DNA of 18,342 nt from the UHGV virus genome UHGV-1773631, one strand, 5' to 3'. The DNA is from a virus. Of this stretch, positions 1 to 7,882 are shown piece after piece (position 1 is the stretch's first letter; each line of letters opens with the position of its first letter). The notes beneath the pieces were generated by a model. That model was not told where the DNA came from. It made no database searches and worked only from the letters and a program-made list of their open reading frames with translations. Made by a program: the position numbers and the translations under genes.

Positions 1-946
1 TATTCTTTAATCTTTGAAATTCATTATCACCTATTTCTTTAAACTGTCTATCAAAAGCAATGATAATTTCCTTTACCCCTAATTTTTCTAATAAATATAT
101 TTGGTAGCTTGAAATATTACTACCGCAACATGCTACTGAAATATTATTTTCAAAGCCATAAAAAGTTTGTAATTGAAGAGTGCTTTTTTCAGATTCAAAA
201 ATAATTGCGGTCTTACTAGCTTTAATATTTTCTTTACTATTGTTTAAATTATATAAATTCATACTTAAAGGATGACTATATATAATATTATTAATTTGCA
301 AAGGTCTGTATTTACCAAATCTCTCTGCATTTTCTTGAATTAAAGCTCTACCTCTAATTCCAATTAATCTATTATTTATATCGAAATGCGGAATTGTTAT
401 TTGTTCTCCTGCTGGAAAATAACCAATTAAATTTTTTAAATTAATTTGATGTGAAATTCCTTCTTGTTCCCAATCAAAAATTCTTGGATAAGAAAAATTC
501 TCTAAAATTTTTGGATTATATTCTTTTAAAATTGGATTTTGTTTTAAAGAAGGCAATGAAAAATCATGTCTTTTAAAAACTACCCATTGCTCAGAATTGT
601 TATTTTGGTTTGGGCGTTCCGCTTCTCCCAAACCAAAATAACTAGCAATATAAACCATTGCATCATATAATTCCCATTCATAACCTTTTTGAATTTTCAT
701 AGCTTTAATTACTAATTCAAAAATATCAAAAGTAGAATCACAATCTGTGAAACATTTAAACAAATGAGAATTTTGATAATAGTATAATTTTCTGGAACCT
801 TCACCTGGATAATTATGACAAATAGTCTGCGAAATAAGTCCAGTTTCTACATATTCTGGTTCTCCTCCTAGTTCCGCGACTAAATCATAAATATTTTCTA
901 AATCTAGCTGTTCTTTTAGAGAATCTTTATTGTAATAACCGGCCAT
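1..946 (-). CDS. DNA primase, DnaG-type (partial; C-terminal part runs off the window start)
   Basis: Manual minus-strand translation from ATG at 946-944 is open to position 1 (not in the ORF track because no stop lies in the window). N-terminal Cys/His zinc-binding cluster (CHNYPGEG...KCFTDCDS), DnaG catalytic-core-like FPAGEQITIPHFDINNRLIGIRGRAL, TOPRIM-like acidic segment (AIIFESEKS ... IIAFDRQ). Start sits 2 nt after the stop of the upstream small ORF. Confidence 0.65.
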   Translation of the reverse strand, partial: MAGYYNKDSLKEQLDLENIYDLVAELGGEPEYVETGLISQTICHNYPGEGSRKLYYYQNSHLFKCFTDCDSTFDIFELVIKAMKIQKGYEWELYDAMVYIASYFGLGEAERPNQNNNSEQWVVFKRHDFSLPSLKQNPILKEYNPKILENFSYPRIFDWEQEGISHQINLKNLIGYFPAGEQITIPHFDINNRLIGIRGRALIQENAERFGKYRPLQINNIIYSHPLSMNLYNLNNSKENIKASKTAIIFESEKSTLQLQTFYGFENNISVACCGSNISSYQIYLLEKLGVKEIIIAFDRQFKEIGDNEFQRLKN

Positions 947-948
947 AA

Positions 949-1155
949 TTAATATGTAATTACATTAACAACTTTACCTCTCAGACCAAATTCATTATTA
1001 ACAATTTTAGTAACATATTCATAAGGATTCATTCGCTTCTCTTCCTTATTGCGAGTCTTCAATAAACCCTCAAACATAGACATAGGCATCTTATAATCAA
1101 TTTTCTTTTCATTCTTCACTACGGGCATATGAGAGTTAGCATAATAAATAGTCAT
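949..1155 (-). CDS. hypothetical protein (68 aa)
   Basis: ORF from the track, packed between helicase and primase on the same strand; no motif recognised. Confidence 0.4.
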   Translation of the reverse strand: MTIYYANSHMPVVKNEKKIDYKMPMSMFEGLLKTRNKEEKRMNPYEYVTKIVNNEFGLRGKVVNVITY

Positions 1156-1169
1156 TAATATTCTCCTTT

Positions 1170-2699
1170 TTAAAATGCGGAAGGTTCATCTTCCATAATA
1201 ATTTTTATATCTTCAATAGGAACTAAATCATAGTTCCATTTTGTAACAAATTGCGGCTGAATTCTACAAATACCTAAATCAGAAGCGCACCATAAATAAA
1301 CTCCTTTATAAGAACCTCTTCTGTTTTTATAAACTGAAATCTTTTTGTCAGGAATTTGAAAATTATTTGTAGACAAAATTGGCTTTAATGTTTCTAAATC
1401 CTCTTCTGTTACATCCAAAATAATTTCACCTATATCCACCTTATCTGCTAAGCTTTTTGCACCTCTTAACAAACTTTGGTCAGGAGTATCAGTATTGCGG
1501 AAATCACCTGAAAGTTGTGTTGCAGTAATAAGAAAAATGCCATACTCATTACAAATATCTTTAAGTCTAACACTTAACATAAAAAGAATATTATCTTCTC
1601 TTAATCTTACTCCACCACTTCGTCTTGTGACTTCTTCAAGAATTTTCATTGTACTTTGAATGTAATCAAAACAGACATAAGCTATATCATGTTCTCTAAT
1701 ATTTCTTTTAACAGTATTTTCTACATCCATTAAAGAATAATCAGGTAATAATTCTACCCAAATAGGTGATTCAGATAAAATTTTTCCTGCTTCAATAACT
1801 CGTTCTTCTTCTCCTGCTTTGTATTCACCTCTAAGAATATGGTCTTCATTTACCGCAGAAAGAAAAGCTAACATCATAGTTTGAATTTCTTCTTTATCTT
1901 GCTCAGTACCAATAAATAAAGTTGGCAAAGAAGCTCCATTTTTAATCCACATACCAAAATTAGTATCATAAATTTTATTACAAGCAAAATTACAAGCATC
2001 TGCAATTAAAGCTCTAGTTTTACCTGCACCAGTAGCAGCAGATCTAAGATACAATTTTCTAAGTCTTGCACCTCTAGTAACAGTATTAACCAGTCTCCCA
2101 TAAAGTGGAGCACCAACTTCAGGATTCTTTTTAAAATTTTCAATTAATTCTAAAATTCCTTCTCCTGCTTGGTATCCTCCAATAACATTATTGTCAATAT
2201 ATTTGACTTTAATATCATCAATTCGTTTATCAATAATATCAGCTATTTCAACAAGAGAAGTAGAATCCAGCCAGTCTTCTTGCTTTTGTTTCTTTTTTAA
2301 ATCTAAAATATTATTAGTATCATATAGAAAAGAAACATCTACTCCAAATTTATCATAAGCTCTTAATAAGGTAAATTTTTTTAATCGACTATAATAATAT
2401 TTGAAAGTATCTCTAGTAGCTAATTCCGCTGCTTTAGTTACATACTCTAAACCGCCGTTTGCTTTAAATACAGCTTCATATTTAGGTCTAACTGCCAAAT
2501 AATCAACAATAGTATCTAAAGTAATTGCCGATTTTGCTTCATGTATATTGTACATAGACCCAAAAATGATTTTATGAACTTCTTCTGTAAAATCTTCTTC
2601 AAAAATAGGAAATTCATCAGGTGCGTCTAAAATTGAATTATCATTAAAAACACAACCAATAACTTGAGCTACCGCTGTTAAATCTATATATTTACTCAT
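1170..2699 (-). CDS. replicative DNA helicase, DnaB-like
   Basis: 509 aa; DnaB N-terminal-domain-like start (LTAVAQVIGCVF...EDFTEEVHKIIFGSM), Walker A-like SAATGAGKT, Walker B-like CFDYIQS. Confidence 0.8.
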   Translation of the reverse strand: MSKYIDLTAVAQVIGCVFNDNSILDAPDEFPIFEEDFTEEVHKIIFGSMYNIHEAKSAITLDTIVDYLAVRPKYEAVFKANGGLEYVTKAAELATRDTFKYYYSRLKKFTLLRAYDKFGVDVSFLYDTNNILDLKKKQKQEDWLDSTSLVEIADIIDKRIDDIKVKYIDNNVIGGYQAGEGILELIENFKKNPEVGAPLYGRLVNTVTRGARLRKLYLRSAATGAGKTRALIADACNFACNKIYDTNFGMWIKNGASLPTLFIGTEQDKEEIQTMMLAFLSAVNEDHILRGEYKAGEEERVIEAGKILSESPIWVELLPDYSLMDVENTVKRNIREHDIAYVCFDYIQSTMKILEEVTRRSGGVRLREDNILFMLSVRLKDICNEYGIFLITATQLSGDFRNTDTPDQSLLRGAKSLADKVDIGEIILDVTEEDLETLKPILSTNNFQIPDKKISVYKNRRGSYKGVYLWCASDLGICRIQPQFVTKWNYDLVPIEDIKIIMEDEPSAF

Positions 2700-3231
2700 T
2701 CATATCTTCCTCCAAAAAAGTAAAAAATCTTTTCCTTTTTCTCATTGGCTCTCTTGTTTTAGGGGGAGTGATATGAATTTCTTCTGTAGGCAGAATAAAA
2801 TTTTCTATTTCTTTATTTTCATTTCTTTGCTGATTTTCCCAAATTGTATAATAATAATTTCTAGCATTTTCATACTGATAAGGGACAATTCCAATTCTGC
2901 CTTGAGCCTTTCCTAAATCTCCACCTTTTACTTCAAAATGGTATTTTAAAGTTTTTAAAATACCAGAATAAGTATAATGATTTTCATTTACATAGTCTTT
3001 AATTTGTTTATAAACTACTTTAGGAATTATATCATAATTAAAAAGTTGTTTAATATATTCTTCTAAAGCAATCCGGTTTTTTTCTTCTTCTGCAATATTT
3101 TGACTATATCTTTCATAACATAACTTATGTGCATATCTTCTTTTATTAGGAATTGGTATACATTCTTCTTTATCTCGGTCAAATGTACTTCCGCACACAA
3201 AACATTTTACTTTATGTGCAATTTTTATCAC
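2692..3231 (-). CDS. hypothetical zinc-finger protein
   Basis: 179 aa; N-terminal CxxC ... HKLC cluster (KCFVCGSTF...YAHKLCYERY), basic C-terminus; overlaps helicase start by 8 nt. Role not determinable from sequence. Confidence 0.45.
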   Translation of the reverse strand: MIKIAHKVKCFVCGSTFDRDKEECIPIPNKRRYAHKLCYERYSQNIAEEEKNRIALEEYIKQLFNYDIIPKVVYKQIKDYVNENHYTYSGILKTLKYHFEVKGGDLGKAQGRIGIVPYQYENARNYYYTIWENQQRNENKEIENFILPTEEIHITPPKTREPMRKRKRFFTFLEEDMNE

Positions 3232-3264
3232 TTCCTTTTTTAATATTATAACATATATTTAAAT

Positions 3265-3296
3265 AAAAGTCAAGAGGAATTATCCTCTTGACTTTT
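3265..3296 (-). terminator. putative intrinsic terminator hairpin downstream of the Sak4-like gene
   Basis: Perfect inverted repeat AAAGTCAAGAGGA / TCCTCTTGACTTT (3266-3278 with 3283-3295), 4-nt loop, flanked by A/T runs on both sides (could act bidirectionally). Confidence 0.4.
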
Positions 3297-3312
3297 GTCA
3301 TTATTGTTATAA

Positions 3313-4284
3313 TTAATTCATTAAATCTTTCAAATCATGTACAATCAAATCCAACTGTTCAGACTGATCAGGAGTACATTCGCCGACTTTCTTACCCTTA
3401 CCCAAATACTTATCAGTAATTGCGGTAATCTTAACTGCATTTGTTTGATTGCTAGACATCAACTGTCCAACCAAATCCTGAAACTCATTCATCAAACCAT
3501 CAAAATCATATTCAGTATCCTTAGAAACAACCTGTGTGGGTTTATCTGTAATATACTGACCATTTGTTTGCTGAGACTGCTTATCAATAGCTTCAGCAAT
3601 AGCATTTACCAGATTATCATAACTGAAATTAATATAATCAGGAATATAAGCGAATCGACTACCTGCAACAAATCTAGGAGTACCTCTCATATACAAACGA
3701 GTTTTAACTCCATCTTCTGTATTCACAGCAGTAGAATAACCAATAATATCACAAGTTCTTTCACAAATCAAGCGGCCTCTCTTATCAAGAGTAGGAACAA
3801 TCTGATTAAATTCTGCTCCCGATTCATCCTTAAAGACTTTATCTGTGGCATGAGAAATAAGGACAAGACCATAATTTAGCTGTAAAATCTTTCTAATAGA
3901 TTCATCAAATTCATTGCCAACCATTGCATAGCCCTTACCATATGCAAGATCAGCAATTGTATCTACACCTTCACGACTACAGATATAACGCTCACAATAA
4001 CTATAAGCAATATCTGCTGTATCAATTACAATAGTTGAAAACTTTTCTTGTACTTCAGGATTTTTCAATTCCTGCAAAGTTTTCTTAAACTCACCCCAAG
4101 AATTAATTGGCTGGGCGTAAACACCAGGCAATGCATTATAACCTTTCTCGAAAGCTAACAAAAGTGAGCCTGGAAATCTAGAAGCAACTGTCGTCTTACC
4201 ACTCTTAGGTGCTCCGTAGAAAAGAACTGAGTATCCCCGCAAATCTCTTGAAACTTCATGCGGCTTAATATCAAGCAAACCCAT
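3313..4284 (-). CDS. Sak4-like (AAA_24 family) recombination ATPase
   Basis: 323 aa; Walker A GAPKSGKT near the N-terminus followed by the pattern typical of phage Sak4/RecA-like annealing ATPases, plus a C-terminal extension. Confidence 0.65.
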   Translation of the reverse strand: MGLLDIKPHEVSRDLRGYSVLFYGAPKSGKTTVASRFPGSLLLAFEKGYNALPGVYAQPINSWGEFKKTLQELKNPEVQEKFSTIVIDTADIAYSYCERYICSREGVDTIADLAYGKGYAMVGNEFDESIRKILQLNYGLVLISHATDKVFKDESGAEFNQIVPTLDKRGRLICERTCDIIGYSTAVNTEDGVKTRLYMRGTPRFVAGSRFAYIPDYINFSYDNLVNAIAEAIDKQSQQTNGQYITDKPTQVVSKDTEYDFDGLMNEFQDLVGQLMSSNQTNAVKITAITDKYLGKGKKVGECTPDQSEQLDLIVHDLKDLMN

Positions 4285-4324
4285 AAAACAATCTCCTTTT
4301 TAAATAAAATAATTTTAAAGAAAA

Positions 4325-4357
4325 ATATGAATGAGCTTTTTTAAAGCTCATTCATAT
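4325..4357 (-). terminator. putative intrinsic terminator downstream of the SSB-like gene
   Basis: Inverted repeat TATGAATGAGCTTT / AAAGCTCATTCATA (4326-4339 with 4343-4356); on the minus strand it is followed by TTTTCTTTAAAATTATTTTATTT. Confidence 0.5.
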
Positions 4358-4367
4358 AAAATTTTAA

Positions 4368-5324
4368 TTAAAAATCATAATCATTCTTACTAGAATTAAC
4401 CGTAACCCCAGTTCCGCCACCAATAGCGTTATTATTTGCTTTATTCTGATAATCGAGCTGATTCTTCTTAATAGTTGCAAGAGCAATCTCTCGTGCTGCA
4501 ACATAATCCTGAAGCTCAGAAGCAAGAATAGTATCTTCACTATCCCACTCATAAGGAGTCTGCTGCGCCCAATTAACCACATAATCCTTATAAGACTGAG
4601 GAGTTTCTCTCACAATTGCTTCGCCAAAAGCAGACTCTTCCTCGATCTTCTTTACCACAGTCTGAGAAATAATCTTACCCTGAATACGAGTAAAAACTGG
4701 ATTCTTGGGACTTGCTTCCAGTCCTTCAAAATAATCCATCGCCGCAGGATTTACAGCAGTAAACTCAACAGGAAGCAGCGCCTTACGGAAATCAAAAACT
4801 GCACCCTTAATAACAACACGCTCAGGCTTACCTCTCTCATCATCTGCCTCATAACGCACACAATTATTAATCACAATATCTTCATTGAAAGTTGCACTCT
4901 TAGATTCATCAATTCCCTCTTCGGGGCAAACCTCAAGATGAATAAAACCACCTTCAAGGCGTCGATTACTTACCAGCTTTTCCATATCATTCTTATCATA
5001 AAATTCATTCAAAGCAATAGCAGTATCAATTCTTACATACGCCGCATTATCCTTGCCATTATCCATGACATTACCCAGATCATTATTCAAAATTCGCTCA
5101 AGAATATTATAAGTATCATTAGTACCACGAGCAGTAACCGCGGTTACATATCTAAAATGAACAGTAACAACATTCAGACACTTATTATCTGTTGCAATAT
5201 TAACATCACCACGAATATACTCAGTACCAGGATTCTTAGAAGCACTGCCAGAAACCTTCTTTTCAAGCTTGTGACTATGAACAAAACCATTCAAATGTAC
5301 TGCATTAATAAACTTCTTACTCAT
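4368..5324 (-). CDS. putative single-stranded DNA-binding protein (SSB-like)
   Basis: 318 aa; SSB-like N-terminus (MSKKFINAVHLNGFV), Gly/Asn-rich linker and acidic C-terminal tail ending ...NDYDF, reminiscent of the SSB DIPF tail; sits next to the Sak4-like gene. Good RBS AAAGGAGAAAATAATG. Confidence 0.5.
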   Translation of the reverse strand: MSKKFINAVHLNGFVHSHKLEKKVSGSASKNPGTEYIRGDVNIATDNKCLNVVTVHFRYVTAVTARGTNDTYNILERILNNDLGNVMDNGKDNAAYVRIDTAIALNEFYDKNDMEKLVSNRRLEGGFIHLEVCPEEGIDESKSATFNEDIVINNCVRYEADDERGKPERVVIKGAVFDFRKALLPVEFTAVNPAAMDYFEGLEASPKNPVFTRIQGKIISQTVVKKIEEESAFGEAIVRETPQSYKDYVVNWAQQTPYEWDSEDTILASELQDYVAAREIALATIKKNQLDYQNKANNNAIGGGTGVTVNSSKNDYDF

Positions 5325-5400
5325 TATTTTCTCCTTTTGATTTAATTATTTTTTTATTGCCACTTCTGAAAAGAGGCTTTTCTTTTTATTTTCTATAAAT

Positions 5401-5429
5401 ATTGTATAATATTTTTTTTAATTTTTCAA
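5401..5429 (-). promoter_or_regulatory. putative sigma70-like promoter for the SSB/Sak4 unit
   Basis: On the minus strand: TTGAAA (5429-5424), 17-nt spacer, TACAAT (5406-5401); the -35 lies in the last codons of the ThyX-like gene. Confidence 0.4.
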
Positions 5430-6077
5430 TTTACCGCAAGAATGCTTCTCGGTACATTTGCCGAAATATTGACATTTAGGAACAAATAAGTGATCTACCA
5501 AATATTTCCATTCTTCTGAGTAAATAGCAAGTGCTTTTTTTATATCCTGCATAACATTTTGATATTCCCAATAAGCACGTTTACACATTCTTTGATGGGA
5601 CATATCAACTAAATTCCGCAAATTAGTTCTTACTACTACTTTTGTTTCCATACCAAGAGGAAGCAAAAGACTAGCATCTTCAATCGGCATCCCCATATCA
5701 ACTAATACTTTATAATTCTGAGCAATCGACTGCATACTTTCTTCATATTTTTGTTTCATTTCTTTAGAAGTAAAAGAAGGAGAAACAAAAGAAAAAGAAT
5801 CATAGTTGATATAGCGAGTTGATGCCTGTAGTCGTGTGGGGCCACCTGAAATATGAGTATAAAATTCTCTCAAAGTTTTTGCGCTATATCCTTCAAGGAT
5901 CATATAAACTTGTGGAAATTCCATAACTCTTCCATGCCCAGATTCAATACATTCTTTAGCTCTTTTGATATTATTATCTTTATTTGTGATTTTTGCGTTC
6001 CAACATACTCCCGCTTCAACGCCGATAAGATGAAGAGGATTCTTAGTAGTTGCGGATTGGATAATAACTTTGCCCAA
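5418..6077 (-). CDS. thyX: ThyX-like protein (flavin-dependent thymidylate synthase family, divergent)
   Basis: 219 aa; by-eye alignment to canonical ThyX: SGHGRVMEF vs SGHFSVLEH, YTHISGGPTRLQASTRY vs RHRxxxxxxxSQRY, NLVDMSHQRMCKRAYWEYQ vs the ThyX C-terminal helix. The RHR motif reads THI here and the C-terminus carries a Cys cluster (CQYFGKCTEKHSCGK). Confidence 0.65.
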   Translation of the reverse strand: MGKVIIQSATTKNPLHLIGVEAGVCWNAKITNKDNNIKRAKECIESGHGRVMEFPQVYMILEGYSAKTLREFYTHISGGPTRLQASTRYINYDSFSFVSPSFTSKEMKQKYEESMQSIAQNYKVLVDMGMPIEDASLLLPLGMETKVVVRTNLRNLVDMSHQRMCKRAYWEYQNVMQDIKKALAIYSEEWKYLVDHLFVPKCQYFGKCTEKHSCGKLKN

Positions 6078-6102
6078 TTTTATTACACCTCTTTAAGAGA
6101 AA

Positions 6103-6128
6103 TAAAAGGAGGACAAAAGTCCTCCTTT
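6103..6128 (-). terminator. putative intrinsic terminator hairpin
   Basis: Perfect 11-bp inverted repeat AAAAGGAGGAC / GTCCTCCTTTT with loop AAAA; on the minus strand followed by ATTTCTCTT. Lies between the 88-aa ORF and the ThyX-like gene. Confidence 0.45.
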
Positions 6129-6139
6129 TACATTAATTA

Positions 6140-6406
6140 TCAATCATCAATATCGTCAGGGGTAAAGTTCATACCTTCCTCTGTCAACTGAAGCAGTTTA
6201 ATAGCCTTATGAGTACCATCAGGTAGCTCAACCTCAGCGGAAACACGAATACCATAACCCTTACGCTGAATAGCGGAAGTAAAAATACCATCGACCTGAC
6301 GCTTCTCCAAACCCAGTGCGCCAGCCACATCAGCACTCGTCATATCAGTACCAGCGTTATTCTTCAAATACTCAAAAACCTTCTTAGAATTGTCGGACAT
6401 TGCCAT
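6140..6406 (-). CDS. hypothetical small protein, possible helix-turn-helix DNA-binding protein
   Basis: 88 aa; segment MTSADVAGALGLEKRQVDG resembles an HTH/winged-helix recognition region; acidic C-terminus; has its own strong promoter upstream. Confidence 0.4.
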   Translation of the reverse strand: MAMSDNSKKVFEYLKNNAGTDMTSADVAGALGLEKRQVDGIFTSAIQRKGYGIRVSAEVELPDGTHKAIKLLQLTEEGMNFTPDDIDD

Positions 6407-6502
6407 AATTAATTATCTCCTTTTATTTAAATATTTTTTTAATTTATATAATAATCTATGAGTATTATTTCTTTCATAGTTATTAACTTAATTTATGTAT
6501 AT

Positions 6503-6531
6503 ATTATATCAAAAAAATTTTAATTTTTCAA
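6503..6531 (-). promoter_or_regulatory. putative promoter with extended -10
   Basis: Minus strand: TTGAAA (6531-6526), 17-nt spacer, TGATATAAT (6511-6503). Drives the 88-aa ORF. Confidence 0.5.
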
Positions 6532-6729
6532 ATTCTTTTGAATAATTTCATCAATTTCTGCCATAACTTCAAAGCCTTGACCGTGCGGCAACCGCATAAT
6601 CATTTCTGTTAATTGCATAATACGCTTTTCAGCCTTAGCAATTTGATCTTGACTACTGTCTCCATCATTATGGATTTTTTCTAATGCAGTCATTTCAGAT
6701 GCAATTTTTTTAATTTGTTTTTTTGTCAT
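6520..6729 (-). CDS. hypothetical protein (69 aa, predicted helical/coiled-coil)
   Basis: ORF from the track with RBS-like AAGGTTAAGGAAAAAATAATG; no recognisable domain. Confidence 0.35.
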   Translation of the reverse strand: MTKKQIKKIASEMTALEKIHNDGDSSQDQIAKAEKRIMQLTEMIMRLPHGQGFEVMAEIDEIIQKNLKN

Positions 6730-6754
6730 TATTTTTTCCTTAACCTTTATTGTA

Positions 6755-6775
6755 TTTATATTATATTATATTTTT
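6755..6775 (-). promoter_or_regulatory. possible -10 region (tandem TATAAT) upstream of the 69-aa ORF
   Basis: Minus strand AAATATAATATAATATAAATAC about 30 nt upstream of the ATG; the -35 would fall inside the ligase coding end. Confidence 0.3.
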
Positions 6776-6784
6776 TTAAAAAAA

Positions 6785-7882
6785 TCAAGAAAAAATTTCT
6801 TCTATTAAACAATCTTTTGCTGGTTTATCTTCTCTGATTTTAATAAAATGAGGATGCCGCAGAGTGTGTTCATTTTTATCAATTTGCATACAATCAATAC
6901 TGACAACATGATTTAAAAATTCTTCTGGATTTTTAAGAATTAGATTTTTATCTTCATCTGTTAAGCCAGAAGAAACTGTTCCAATTTTAACTAATTTTCC
7001 TGTATTGTCATAGGCTCCTACCTCTAGTGCAGTTTTCCAACCAAAAAAATAAGGTTTAGTAATAGGAGTATAGTTGTCTTTATCTTTAATCCAGTTTATA
7101 TAATAACGTCCTTCTTGCAAACCATCAGGAGTTTCCCAATACTCCCATGTCTCTAAATCTTTTCCTGTATATTTTTTGGTAGCAGGACAAAAACCAATAC
7201 AGACTAAATCCACACTATCTGTACGTTTAATTTTAATAGTAGACCAAGCAGGACGTTTATCAGGATAATACGGCAAATTTTTCTTTTTTAAAACAAGTCC
7301 TTCTCCGCCCACTTTTAAAATAATATCAAGACGTTCTTGAATTTTTGTATCAAAAGCAAAAGCCAATTTAAGAAAATTAAACTGACCCAAATAATGTTTA
7401 TCCCAAATTGCTTTTAAAATTTTATACCTATCCCAAGCAGGACAATTAACTAAATTACATCCATCATATTGAATAATATCATGGATATAATAATGAATAA
7501 GGTTATTCTTTTGTCTTTTGATTGCGGTAGCCGGCAAACACCCCATAATAGTTGTTACTTCTTTTGAAGTTTTTCCTGGATAAAAAATTTCTCCAATTAA
7601 AGTAGTATTAGGAGGAAGACAACTATCTAAAGCCTTCATAATATGAGGGACATTTTCACCCTTTTCAGAATAATATCCAGTTGTTTTAGAAATATTTCTA
7701 CTAAAAAGATAGGAATAATGTTCTGTTTTTTCATACTGATACCAATAACCATCAATTTTTTCTTCAGCAAAATACTCTTTAGAATTTAAAATTTCTGGAA
7801 GTTTATATGCTTCCATATCAGAAGGAATTTTCCAGATTTTCATTGGCGGAATCATTTTAGCTTCTGGATACAATAATATCAC
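6785..7882 (-). CDS. ATP-dependent DNA ligase
   Basis: 365 aa; motif I KIDGYW (KxDG with the adenylated lysine), motif IV-like EGLVLK, motif V-like DLVCIGF, C-terminal motif VI-like LRHPHFIKIREDKPAKDC. Start overlaps the topoisomerase A gene by 4 nt. Confidence 0.75.
   Translation of the reverse strand: MILLYPEAKMIPPMKIWKIPSDMEAYKLPEILNSKEYFAEEKIDGYWYQYEKTEHYSYLFSRNISKTTGYYSEKGENVPHIMKALDSCLPPNTTLIGEIFYPGKTSKEVTTIMGCLPATAIKRQKNNLIHYYIHDIIQYDGCNLVNCPAWDRYKILKAIWDKHYLGQFNFLKLAFAFDTKIQERLDIILKVGGEGLVLKKKNLPYYPDKRPAWSTIKIKRTDSVDLVCIGFCPATKKYTGKDLETWEYWETPDGLQEGRYYINWIKDKDNYTPITKPYFFGWKTALEVGAYDNTGKLVKIGTVSSGLTDEDKNLILKNPEEFLNHVVSIDCMQIDKNEHTLRHPHFIKIREDKPAKDCLIEEIFS

Noticed and set aside
3337-3879. 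Plus-strand ORF (180 aa) from the track
   Set aside because: Lies entirely within the Sak4-like minus-strand gene; translation is low-complexity (Ile/Asn/Ser-rich) with no motif. Typical antisense shadow ORF in AT-rich DNA.
4364-4582. Minus-strand ORF (72 aa) in an alternative frame
   Set aside because: Fully overlaps the 3' end of the SSB-like gene in another frame; Leu/Ile/Arg-rich translation typical of an out-of-frame artefact.
4938-5345. Plus-strand ORF (135 aa) from the track
   Set aside because: Antisense to the SSB-like gene; low-complexity translation, no RBS or motif.
5853-6191. Plus-strand ORF (112 aa) from the track
   Set aside because: Antisense to the ThyX-like gene and the terminator region; no motif; low complexity.
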